64,000 nucleotides of DNA from Podarcis filfolensis (taxonomy: Eukaryota), in assembly GCA_964270895.1 (NCBI GenBank), contig OZ185435.1. The stretch is one strand, 5' to 3'. This document shows, piece by piece, positions 52,880 through 64,000 of this stretch. The notes under the pieces are model-generated. The model was not told the origin of the DNA, did not search any database, and saw nothing but the letters and a program-made list of their open reading frames with translations. A program made the position numbers and the translations under genes. Position 1 is the stretch's first letter. Each line of letters starts with the position of its first letter.

Positions 52880-54420
52880 ATCACGGCGCGGTTAATTAAT
52901 CCGCAATCAAGACAGAGTGCTCTTGCCGGCAGCGCAGCGATAAGCTATCGGTGCCCGGAACAATGGGCAGCTCCGGGAGCAAAAAAGATAGCATTACTTA
53001 TCACAAGGAAACCAAATTCCTCGAAATGCATAACGTGAGAATCTACTCTTTGCTCTTCCTCCCTCGCCGGGGCTTGCCTGGAAAACGCTCACATCCAGAA
53101 GCTTAGAGGAATGGGAGGGAAGGCCATGAAGCGAGGATGCTTGCCCTCCTAGCCCTGCGAAACCCTTCGTGTCGCCCCCTCAAATTCCAGCTGCCCCCCA
53201 CCCCAAGTCAGTCACCCAATCACCAAGCCATTTCTCCATTAGCTTCAGAGGGTTTCCGAAGGCTCCACACGACCTGGCGGAGCTCGCCGGGGAAGACGCG
53301 CGCCTAAGGGGACAAGGCAAAAGAGCCCCCAGCCCCAAGCAGCCTCCCCGCCACCCCAGTCCCTCCTCACTTACTGTACTCTCGTCCGGCGGAGCTCACA
53401 AAAGACTCCCGCCCCGCTGCACTCGCTCTTCTCCCGCCCGTCCGAACAAAGGGGCCCCAGACCGTCGCCGCCCCCCGCCCCCTTCGGCCACGCCTTGGGA
53501 GGGACCCCCGCCCCTTTCCCCTCCTCCTCCTCCTCCTCCCGCCTCCCTGCCGGGGGAGAAAAACCCAACGCTGACTACTGTAATGAGAGACGGGGATGGC
53601 GGGCAAAGAGCCCGCGTGTCCGAACGTGTGCATTACACGTCGACACCCATTCTCCTCCCCGGCTGGGGGCGAGGCGGCACACGGTCCGCCTGCCTGCCTT
53701 TCTCCTGCCAGTGGCGCGGAGGAAAACAAACTTTCAGCGCTAGGAGTAGGTCTTCCGAGTTTGGCGGAGCCGAGAGAGAGAAAGACACGGATCCGCGGCC
53801 CGATCCCAGGGACGTGTTTTCTCGGGAGAAAACTCCGCTTACTTCATATATTCGTGAATCCTTGCAGTGGAACTTAAGTTCCAAGGAGCACGGAAACATT
53901 CAGAGATGGGATATCCCTGGATGTGAATCATACCAGCCGCTCGCCGGTACGGACTAAATGATTAAACTTGGGCGGGCGTCACAAGACGAGGAGTCATTGC
54001 AACAATCAGTGAAAGTCCTCCCGAGACATTAATCAGAGGAAATTCGTCTATCATCGTCGTCAAAATGCTTGTATGGTTTGGGCGTCTATCCAGGGTTCCC
54101 CCCACGCCCCGCAAAGCCTTAGGAAACTCTTTCCACTTTTTTAAAAAAAGAAAAAAGCACAGTAAAGTAGTGCGGCTCGGGGCCATTTGCTCCCCGCCCT
54201 CCCCGATTCATTGGTTTGCTTGCCGCCCATTACATTTCCTTACTGCTTAGGCAGAGGCGATCCCTTTTGGATTGCGCGCTGCCCTATCGATAGACGCCTC
54301 GCATCTTAATGGGTGGAACGTGCGCCAAGCTATTGCTTGGAATTTAGTGATGTGGTCGGGCCTTGAACCTCTCCGCCTGCCAGCTTCCCTGGCGCAGCGG
54401 GAAGGGAAAATGAGAGCACC
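52880..54420. promoter_or_regulatory. CpG island / promoter region of the connexin gene
   Basis: Dense CpG and high GC against a CpG-poor background; GC boxes (e.g. GGGCGGGCG near 53970), ATTGG near 54209. Confidence 0.8.
53375..53600 (-). other. Candidate non-coding exon 1 of the connexin gene (5' end uncertain)
   Basis: Donor TACA/GTAAGT at 53375/53374 inside the CpG island; typical connexin layout of a non-coding exon 1 plus a coding exon. Confidence 0.6.
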
Positions 54421-56574
54421 CAAAACCCGGTCTGGGTTACTTGCAAGGGTTAATTTGAGGCGGGGTTCAGTCCCCACCCTATTCCAAATGCAAAGTTTGG
54501 TTCTGAAATGTATAACAATAAAAATGCCTCTCTCTGGCCTCCTACAGAGTGCATCCTACCGGCACTGCATACCTGCAGCTGCTCAGATCCATGCATCTAG
54601 GATCAGAGGGCAAGCATTTCAAGCAGATTTGAACTCCCAGACTTACCCCCCCTCCATTTTGTAAATTGACTGCTGGTTACTTAAGTGTTACTCACCCCTC
54701 AAGACAGCCTGGAAATTAAAAGTAATTTATCAACATTACCTCAAATCCATCTAACACCTTCCTCAAAGGGGCCACAGATTTATTAAGAAACAGGGAGCCT
54801 GAGGGTGTGACTCTTACACCTTAGTAACCCACAAAACCCGATGCCCAAGGTCACAAGCAACTTCTGGGGACTCCTGGGGACACAATTATGTGGGCCCAAA
54901 GAAACAAGGCTGTGTGGTCAGGGCCTCATGTTGTCTCCATAAACTCCAAAGGATACCAAGGCACTCCACTCAATTCACATAGAGGCCCCTGGGTGCAGTC
55001 CCCTAGCTTTCATTTGGTATAAGGCCTTGCACTTCTGCAAGCAAGGCCATCACATGAGGACAGTGAAATTGAGAAGTTAGGTCTAGAGCAAGTTCAGTTC
55101 TGCAAGATACTCCCTTTGAACAGCAGCACACAAGCAAAAACCATCTGTCAGCTGAAAAGGCATGCCTGCATTGCATCAATGGTTAAACCATGTGCATGTT
55201 GACTCAGATGCACGTTACCCGAGTCCACTATAGCTGACTCCGAAATAAGTTTGCATGAGCATGCAATAACTTTGACTTATTTTTCTCCCCTGCCCCTGCA
55301 AAACCCTGAAAAAGTGTACTTTGCAATCTAGAAAACTAAGTTGTTCACTGAGATTCTACAGTTTTCATTACCGTGCCCCTTGCATGCATTTTCAAAGACT
55401 GCCTTCTCCCCTCCCCCAGTGTAAGCTGACATATTTCAAATTCAAAGCACTGGGGACCAGTTTGTAAACATTAGCAATTTCCACATAAGTGTGTAAGACT
55501 GTTAAAACTATTGCCTCACAATGGCCTGGAAAAGTACAGAGCTAAAAAAGAGACAAGATAAAACTGTAAAATTATGCTCAACTGAACTGCTTGACAGTGG
55601 GATGGACTCCCTCAGGATATTGTTAGCTCTCTTTCATTGGAGCTTTTTAAGTAGAGGTTGGATGGCCATCTGTCATGGATGCTTTAGCTGAGATTCTTGC
55701 GTTACAGGCAGTTGGACTAGATGACCCTTAGAGGCGCCCTTCTGACTACAATTCTATGAATATGTGAAGGTCCCTTTCATTCACACTTGAACACAACACT
55801 GACCTAGAACATGGCTATGGCAGTAACCACTGCAGTAAAAACACTTGATTATTTAATGGGCTTATAAAACCAAGATTGACCCCACTTTTTGATGAAATTA
55901 GTTTGTCCCAACTGAGAAGCAGAGGCAGAAACGGCCCTTTACCTGCAGCAATCCTAAACACAGTGCAATGAGATTTACTCTACAGTAAGAGTAGGGCTGC
56001 ATAAAATTATGTATGGGATGAAAAAAACCGACAGAAGTTGTTGTTTTTCTTCTTTTTCATGCTAGAACCCAAACCACCCAGTGAAACTGAATGCTGTGAG
56101 ATTCAGGGCAACCAAAAGAGAATGCTTCTAATCAGACTTTCGAATTTGCTACCATGAGGGGATTAGACAAGTTATTGGAGGATAAGTATCAATGGCTATT
56201 AGGAATGACAGGTATGTAGTTACCCTCAGTATCAGAAGTGGTAAACCCCTCCACACCAAGCTGCTGGGGTTCAAGAGAGGAAGAGAGCTATTGCACTCAG
56301 GCCTTGCTTGCAAGATGCCCCTAAGCATTTGGTTGGCCACTGTGATAATAAGATACTGGACTAGATAGCCTTTGATGTGATCACTGGGTGGTGTGTTTTG
56401 TTTAATCTTACAGAATTAAGCTGCCAATATAAAGATCTTTTAATTTTATTTCCATGCCTTGATTTTTGATGTATTTTATTTGTTTTGTACTTGTGAACTT
56501 TTAGCTATATTTTCAGATGATTTGATTTGGGGTAGGGAGGACATTCAACAGCACAGTATTCCTTCCACTGTAGT

Positions 56575-56940
56575 GGCGTGCTCTGATCCATGGGGTCATG
56601 AAGAGTCAGACATGACTAAACAACAACAACTCTTTCCACAGTTGTTGTTATTGTTTAGTCGTTTAGTTGTGTCCGACTCTTCGTGACCCCATGGACCAGA
56701 GCACGCCAGGCACTTCTGTCTTCCACTGCCTCCCGCATTTTGGTCAAACTCATGTTGGTAGCTTCGAGAACACTGTCCAACCATCTCGTCCTCTGTCGTC
56801 CCCTTCTCCTTGTGCCCTCCATCTTTCCCAACATCATGGTCTTTTCCAGGGAGTCTTCTCTTCTTATGAGGTGGCCAAAGTATTGGAGCCTCAGCTTCTG
56901 GATCTGGCCTTCCAGTGAGCATTCTGGGCTGATTTCCTTC
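56575..56940. mobile_element. Two BovB/RTE LINE 3' fragments tail-to-tail: plus-strand 56575-56630, minus-strand 56641-56940
   Basis: Minus ORF LRLQYFGHL.RR.DSLEKT.MLGK.EG.RRRGRQR.RWLD is the RTE/BovB ORF C-terminus; (CAA)n tails. Confidence 0.85.
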
Positions 56941-57646
56941 CACAGTATCCTGCAGCTATTTGAGACAATAGACCTGATATCTTCTTTGACACCAGATTAT
57001 TCTCCTCCCTTCTCCTTTTTCCATACATTTGTGTTTTGTTATTTAAATTGTTATTTAAATTTATATTGTTATTTAAATTAAAACCCAGGAGCAGGTTTTA
57101 ATGTTATCACTGCAAGGCTTCCTGCTCTCCTAGTTGCTAAGGAAAGCAAACAACAATAAAACAGTCACAGCTCATGATAGTTAAATGCCTGCAGCTATGC
57201 TTGCCACACCAAGGGACAGGTTACTACAAAAAAAAACCTTCTTGATATAATAGGCAATAGTCATTGCCTTTCCTATGAGATATTTAGAGCTTAAGTATTT
57301 GTAAGCTGTGGAAACAAAACAAGACCACTGTTGAATCTTTCTACCCTTTACAATCATTCTGTTGCCCTTGGGAAGATTTATGCATTACCTGAACCTATAA
57401 TGAAAGTTATAAACCAGACATTGGCTAGAATGCACATTCAATTCTAAAAAGGCTTTTTTCTGTTTTCTACTCTACATTCTCATGTACGCACAAATAGTAC
57501 AGGCAAATCTGAAAGCAATCTTTCCAGCAATGTGCCACTTTCTATTTTGTTTTTATGCTAGGGACAAATTGCCCCTAAATTCTAAAAGGGTAGTTAGGTC
57601 CAACCTGCAGACATAAAACAAACCCAGCATGGCTTATTATATCATT

Positions 57647-58002
57647 AAAGGTAAAGGTACCCCTGCCCGTACGGGCCAGTCTTGACAGACTCTAGGGTTG
57701 TGCGCTCATCTCATTCTAGAGGCCGGGAGCCAGCGCTGTCCGCAGACACTTCCGGGTCACGTGGCCAGCGTGACAAGCTGCATCTGCAAGCCAGCGCAGC
57801 ACACGGAACGCCGTTTACCTTCCTGCTAGTAAGTGGTCCCTATTTATCTACTTGCACCCGGGGGTGCTTTCGAACTGCTAGGTTGGCAGGCGCTGGGACC
57901 GAGCGACGGGAGCGCACCCCGCCGCGGGGATTCGAACCACCGACCTTTCGATTGGCAAGTCCTAGACACTGAGGCTTTTACCCACAGCGCCACCCGCTTC
58001 CC
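57647..58002 (-). mobile_element. Sauria SINE, second subfamily
   Basis: Head GGGAAGCGGGTGGCGCTGTGGG...GGTTCGAATCCCC, same core as the 6839-7188 copy, TACCTTTACCTTT tail; retains many CpGs, suggesting it is young. Confidence 0.85.
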
Positions 58003-58505
58003 ATTATTTTCCCATTATAACATTATTTTCCTTTATTTGTGGCATGGAGTTATGGGTAACAGCCCTTCTTCATTAAGTCTCCCCCCCCACCCTTGCTTCA
58101 ATTTCCATTCTATTCAAATAACAGAAAATGTTCTATTTCTGACCCCTTTATTTGAGCATTAAAATAGGTAATGTAAACACCTTGTTAAAGGGTTAAGGTT
58201 TTTCTTTGATGAAGCCTTGTGCAGAGGTGCCGTCTAGCGCCCAAGATTTGGGGAGGGTGGGTGCGTGACATCATACGTGCGACTTGAGGATGTCACTATT
58301 TGAACCCAAAACATATGCTCCTCCAGAAGACAGTAATAGTACAAATAAAATTAAATAATACATTGAGCTCTCCATACAGCTTTGGTTATATCATTGTTTG
58401 CAGGTAGTGACTAGAAATAGAAAAATGGAAAAACCGGTTGATATCAGAAACTGGATACTGGGCTAACAGATCTTTTATCTAATCCCCTTAGGTGACAACC
58501 AAGTA

Positions 58506-58610
58506 CAGTGGTACCTCGGGTTAGCTAAAGTGGTCCTTCAGGTTAAGAACAGTTTCAAGTTAAGAACGGACCTCCGGAACAAATTAAGTATTTAACCCAA
58601 GGTACCACTG
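58506..58610. mobile_element. Short Tc1/mariner (Tigger-like) MITE
   Basis: TIR CAGTGGTACCT(C/T)GGGTTA, flanked by TA on both sides. Confidence 0.8.
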
Positions 58611-61094
58611 TAAATCATGTTCAGAGTAGGCCCATTTAAATCAACAGGCGTTTATTTTATTTATTTAAGTCTATGACAAATGTTGGCTATCACCTATTAA
58701 CAGTTTATTTTTAATTTTTAAGTTAAATATAAAGCTTTTCTATATTAAAAAAGACCTTTGAAGATAGCATTTTAAGAGCTTACAATTGTATCCTGAATTC
58801 TTCAGAATGGTTGCAAGGAACAATAACACAACGAATGCAGGGGAGGAACGAGGGTAGGAGAGATTTGCCAAGGTGTGGGTTGGGTAGGGTTGTCTGCATT
58901 TATTTTTATTGTCATCATTGAGACTGCACAGGACCAAATAGGGTGCAAATGCACCCTGCAAAACAGGATAAGCACATACAAGAATTCTCCAAATAAGACA
59001 TTATAATCTTACTACTGATAACTTAGCACACCCTGTGCTTATATTAAGCTTCTTAAGTTAAAGTAAGTGTGTGTGTTTGACACGAACTGGTAGGACTTGT
59101 GCTGTTTGCCAACAGTGCAGGCATTCATACTATGACATTCCAAATGAATTAAAAGTGCTATTTATGAGTCGGCCACAGTCAAACGTGTTTCCACATGTAG
59201 AGAGTGAGGAAGCCATTTAGGTGCTCCGGCACCAGATGTATGAACTGAAGGGAATACATTTGGCTCTCCACAACTTAACAGTAATAGAGCATTTCTGAAG
59301 AGGCCCAAATAGCATTTGAAATTCTGAAAGCAACCTAGTTCCCATCCACACACCCATCACGCCAGCATTTTAGTCATGGGTCTGTTGCCCAGTCATTCTG
59401 GCGAGTGTCAGTAAATAAATAAATAGGGGCTGTAACCTTAGGAGACAGTGTGTCCATTCCTCATTTCCGATGGCTGCACTGTGGCAAACCCCTCACTGTT
59501 GTTCACAACAAAACGTCTGCTTCTTTAAGCTGCTTGACAGCTGCTTCCAGCTGTTTGACACTGAAAGCTGAGCCCCAGAAGTGTAGGCACCATTTTGTCT
59601 GTAACCAACTTTGCCTCTGCCCTTTTAAGATCAAGGCTTGGATCACAAAGCTTCACCTCTAGCCCAAATCAGTTCAGAATTGAAGCCCTCGGCAACCGGG
59701 CAATAAAGATTAGCTCTTGAAGATTTAAAAAGGATTGTGAATCTGGTCAGGCAAAGGGCTCTTCTCCTTTTTAGCATTAGAAAGCACCAGAGAAGCCCAC
59801 AAGGACTTCAATAGCAGAGTCAAGGAAAGGCCAAATGGAAGCCTGTTCTCAGCCTGGTGTTGTTCTGAGGAAGCATTTAAGGGCAGGGATGTTGTTCTCC
59901 AGTTGCTGTACACAGGGAAGAGAGGACATTCCTACAAAAACTCAAGACTGACAAGGCCACAGATAGTTTGCTTCTTGGTAAAAACTTGGCAGCTGTTGTG
60001 GTCAGATACAATGGCAACGCAAGTCTGTGATGCTGCGTAGGCAAGGCCTGAGGAAGGAAATGCTTTTCCACAAAACCTCTCCTGTGGGGCTGGATGAAAG
60101 GGAAGCAGCTTTTGGGGGGGGGAATGGAAATTTTAAAAACAGGCATAGAAAGAATGATAGCTCTGTTCTGACAGAAGAGAGATGTACAATAAAGGAATGG
60201 GAGAAGGGCAGGAGGGGAAAAACACCCTGTGCTGAAAGGGGAAGTGGCTTCCTCATTTTTTATCTCCCAGAATCCTGCTCCCACAGGCACATTATATACA
60301 GTACAGTACTCAAATTCTGCCTGAATGGGGTGGTAGCAGAGCTGTGTGTTATCACAGGAGTGGAGTGCCCCCATACAGAGAAATAGGATGGGGTTGAGGC
60401 TGTTTCAGGACAAAAGCGGTGGGGCAAGGAAAGGATTCTCCTGCTTAGGCCTCTTCTGTTTTAAAATCACCCTACCCCCACCTCCTACTTTACAGCTGTG
60501 TGTGGCGTAAGCCATGTTCTAAGACACAGGTCATGCCTCAATTCTTGACTAGCCAGGACTTCACTCAGGGCAGAACTATTGTGTAGTAGTTCTGCAATGG
60601 ATTCTTCCCTCATTGCCCCAGGGTTTCCATTATGTAAAGCAGCTGCAGATGGCTTTAGATTAAGGAGGGAAAGGCAGATACTGTGTAACCCCTTCATTCC
60701 CAACAGCTGCTTTTGTCTTCAGAGGTAACAAGAATAGAAATACAGATCCCAATACCTGATGATTTGCCTGAGCAGACCTGATGCCATCTGAGCAAAACAT
60801 CACACTTGGGACAAAATATTGTGTTAGTGGTTCGTATAGTTGACTACGTGCCCTAAAGGTATTAGGTAGCAAAGTGCTTACTCAAATGCTCTATCCTGTT
60901 GAAATCACTGGGGCTACGATTTGAACTGAATAAAACTTTTGAAAACTAGAATAATTTTCTTCAGATTATACACTCTACCATCAGGAATATCAGCAGCTCT
61001 TGGCACAGAATCAAGGTGGCCAACAATTAAGAAAAGAGCAGACTGCTCTCAGTTAAAAAAAATTTTTTTAATGCTATTTGGCATTGTCATGTAC

Positions 61095-61428
61095 CAGGGG
61101 TTGGCAAAGTTTTTGTGGCTTGGGCCAGTTCACGGTCCTGCAGACGCCACGGTGGGCCGGAGTGCATGCGCACGCACACATGCACAAACACTATTTCCGG
61201 TGCTGCTTCCAGCGCGGAGGAGGCATGCGCAGCTTCCCATTGGCTGCAGGAGCTTCCTGCAGCCAATGGGAAGCCAGCCAGTGTCGCGGAAGGTGGTCCT
61301 CGCTCTTCTCTGCGCCAGTTTAGCATGGTGCACGGGAGCCAACTGAGCGGGTGGCGGGGGTTCATAGGCCGGTTAAACGACCCCTATGGGCCACTTGTGG
61401 CCCATGGGCCTTAGGCTGCCGACCCCTG
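61095..61428. mobile_element. hAT-type non-autonomous transposon
   Basis: TIR CAGGGGT(T/C)GGCA at both ends; CpG-rich interior; TSD not clean. Confidence 0.65.
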
Positions 61429-62409
61429 TATAATGTACTGTGCTATATGGGATTGGGTGATAAGCAACTCTGGAAAGCAACTTTTCAATATGTTTTTAGA
61501 CTGTTATTATTTTTCAGAACTGAGTTCTGCTTTGACCTTGAATAAGTGTCAACTAAGGGATTGGCTCTTCTGGATAGAATCCAGAAGGCACCTACAACTA
61601 ATTAGAAACACAAAAATTTCCCCTTGGTATCCAGTCTTGACAAGGGAGCATTTTAGAGCTAGTTATTTATTGAGCTGCATTTCCAAGTGATGCCCATTGC
61701 ATTCTTGGATGGCCACTACAACAAGGTCCCATATGTAGACGGATTCTGCATTTGTGTTCAGCCTCAGGAGGAAGACATCTTCTTTATCTATTAGCCTGCC
61801 TCTTATATAGAGATTGCTTTCTGAAACCTCCTGCACTCTTGCGCAATTAGGGTCTTTCATTTGTCTCTGTTTAATTTTCATTTGTGGCAGCTCCTGTTTG
61901 ATTACATTTCTCCTCTGAAGTAGAGGTGGGTTTACCCAAGGTGTTGCTAGGCACTCACCAAACAAGAAAAAGTTGATGTGGGCCCATGACAAATTGCCTT
62001 TGGGAAAATTAAGGAAGTGGGTGGCAAATGTCTCACCACCACTGCTTTGCAGTGTATCCAGCTGTTTTCTAAAAAAACAACATGGTTAAAGTGGGAGAGG
62101 GGAGGGGACCGATGATACAGGGTCCACTGCAAAAAAATAATAAATTGGGGGCTCTGGCCCCAGCAAGCCACCAGATCATCCCTGGAGTTTACCAAATGAG
62201 GCTCCACTAGCATTAAAAATGGGAACAAATGTAGATTTCATTCCATTGTGTTGCGTAAGATAACAGTACAGAGGCACTACCCTCAGACAGGAGCCACCCT
62301 TGTTGCCTCATGAGATGGAAGCTGTGTGTCATCAACATCCAAGACCCCACTGTGTTCTCTTGAGTTTGAGTAATTTCCGGTCACAATTCTGATTATGTTT
62401 CCGAGCACA

Positions 62410-62790
62410 ATTCAAAGAGTTTGTGCTGATCTTTAAAGTCCTAAACAATTTCAGCCCTGTATACCTGAAGGAGTTTCTCTACCAACCTTGTCCAGCCCAG
62501 ACACTGAGGTCCTGCTCCAAGGGCCTTCTGGCGGTTCCCTCACTGCAAGAAGTTACAGGGAACCAGAACCAGGCAGAGGGCCTTCCCGGCAGTGACGCCC
62601 TCCCTGTGGAACGCCCTCCCATCACATGTCAGGGCGATAAAGAACTATATAACTTTTAGAAGACATCAGGAAGTTTTTAGTGTTTGATATTTTACTGTGT
62701 TTGATGTTTTCATTTGTTGGAAGTTGCCTAGAGGGGGCTGGGGCAACCCGGTCGGGTGGGCTGCATATAAATAAATCATCATCCTCATCA
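62410..62790 (+). mobile_element. L2/CR1-clade LINE 3' end, degraded
   Basis: GGAACCAG...CAGAGGGCCTTC...CTGTGGAACGCCCTCCCATCA block is homologous to the 12.5 kb and 13.6 kb copies. Confidence 0.65.
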
Positions 62791-63376
62791 TCATCACCAC
62801 AGACATAAAGCTTGATGAGGGAGAATGAGTTCAGCTGAAAGAGTTCCTATTTTGCTGGTTTTGAGAAGGTATCAGGCAGGAAGGACTAAATCGAGATTTC
62901 CATTCATTATGTGCAGTCCCTTGAATTGGTAATATTAATGTTCATTAGCCCACCCCACCTGTCCCCACATATACCAATATAATGCATGTCACACTTGTGG
63001 TAGATGAAACTTTTTTACACCTTTACATTTACCTTGGTTAGGATTAATTTTTCTGTTATAAACTTAGTATGCTATTCTCTCATAGGCTGGGTAGTAATAA
63101 TAACTGAACCCCAAATAACAACAAAAAACCACACACAAAAAACATACTCTCATCTTGAGGCAGTTCCAGCCATTCCTTCATGTGACAAGGAAGTAATAGT
63201 TGGCTGCCGTTTACCAGAAAATCCTGTGGTTAACTTTAACAGAACAAGACTACATGAACACAAGCTTATGAAAGCAGAACTACTGGACCACACTAATTCC
63301 GCTTTAGCTATCTTTCCAATTAAGCAATTATTTGGAAAAAATGCTGTCAATAGTAATTTATGCATGCATACTAGAC

Positions 63377-64000
63377 CAGTGCTTCTCAAACTTTTCCTCC
63401 CCACACACCATTTGAAAATTGCTGGGGTGGGGGGTTCTTGGAAGACAACTGATAAACATTCCCTTGTTTTAAACACCCACCCACCCCATTTATGTGTGCG
63501 GCGTGGAAAACTCAAAAGTGGTGGTGGGGGAGAGACCTGAAGAGCCTCAACAAAACCCTGCTGAACTTCTGACTCATGAGGAGACTCTCCCCAAAACCCT
63601 AAGGAGACATCGTCTTCAGGCTCTTGGGAGGGTCTCCTCACAAGCCAGAAGCTGAGGCTCTTCAGCCACTGGGCTCAGGAAAGTGGCTGCTACTGCTGCA
63701 CTTTCCCTTGTGTCAGCTGTTAGCCAGAAAGCCCTGGTGCACCTCCGGCTCACGAGCAGACGCTCCCTGGAGCCTGAAGTGGTTGTCCTTCTTGGGTTCT
63801 GGAGAGGGTCTCCTCATGAGTTGGAGGCTTGTTGAGGTTTACTCAGCTGATGCATGGGAAAGCTTTTCTGTGTCAGCTGCATGGCTGAATGAAGCCCTGC
63901 TGAAGTGTGGTGAAACTTTCCCACACATTAGCTGAGCAGCCTCAAAAAGCCTCTGACTTGTGACGAGTCAGAGGCCAAAGAGTGTGTCCCCTTTGGTCTC
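63377..64000. mobile_element. hAT-type element with internal inverted repeats, may run past the window edge
   Basis: Starts TACTAGAC/CAGTGCTTCTCAAAC; inverted pair 63572-63599 / 63794-63821. Confidence 0.45.

Noticed and set aside
53169-53957. 262-aa Pro-rich ORF, and neighbouring ORFs in the CpG island
   Set aside because: Stop-poor GC-rich promoter DNA; no domain; starts at GTG.
59400-62300. Possible exons of a further gene (e.g. STK11IP) or an E-box enhancer
   Set aside because: No ORF with recognisable homology or consistent splice phase; three CAGCTG sites alone are not enough evidence.

Overview
Vertebrate (squamate, probably lacertid lizard, judged from Sauria/Squam SINE subfamilies) genomic DNA with three protein-coding genes. 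(1) OBSL1 on the minus strand: 14 coding exons in the window (29658 down to 42), about 1539 codons, 15 Ig domains plus one Fn3. The gene continues past the left edge and contains a tandem array of closely related 273-nt Ig exons. (2) INHA on the plus strand, two exons (35356-35641, 38070-38824), head-to-head with OBSL1, with a recognisable GATA/SF-1/CRE/GATA promoter module. (3) A gamma-class connexin on the minus strand (46828-45674) with motifs of the fish Cx43.4/gjc4 lineage, a non-coding first exon in a CpG island (about 52.9-54.4 kb) and a cryptic intron at its last codons. The rest is intronic or intergenic DNA with SINEs, L1/L2/CR1/BovB fragments, MITEs and microsatellites. The best leads are the OBSL1 Ig-exon expansion and a splice event that would change only the last residue of the connexin (TGK to TGL, creating a class I PDZ motif). 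Exon boundaries were read by hand from GT/AG sites and reading phase. Comparisons with human, chicken, rat and zebrafish sequences are from memory; no database search was run.
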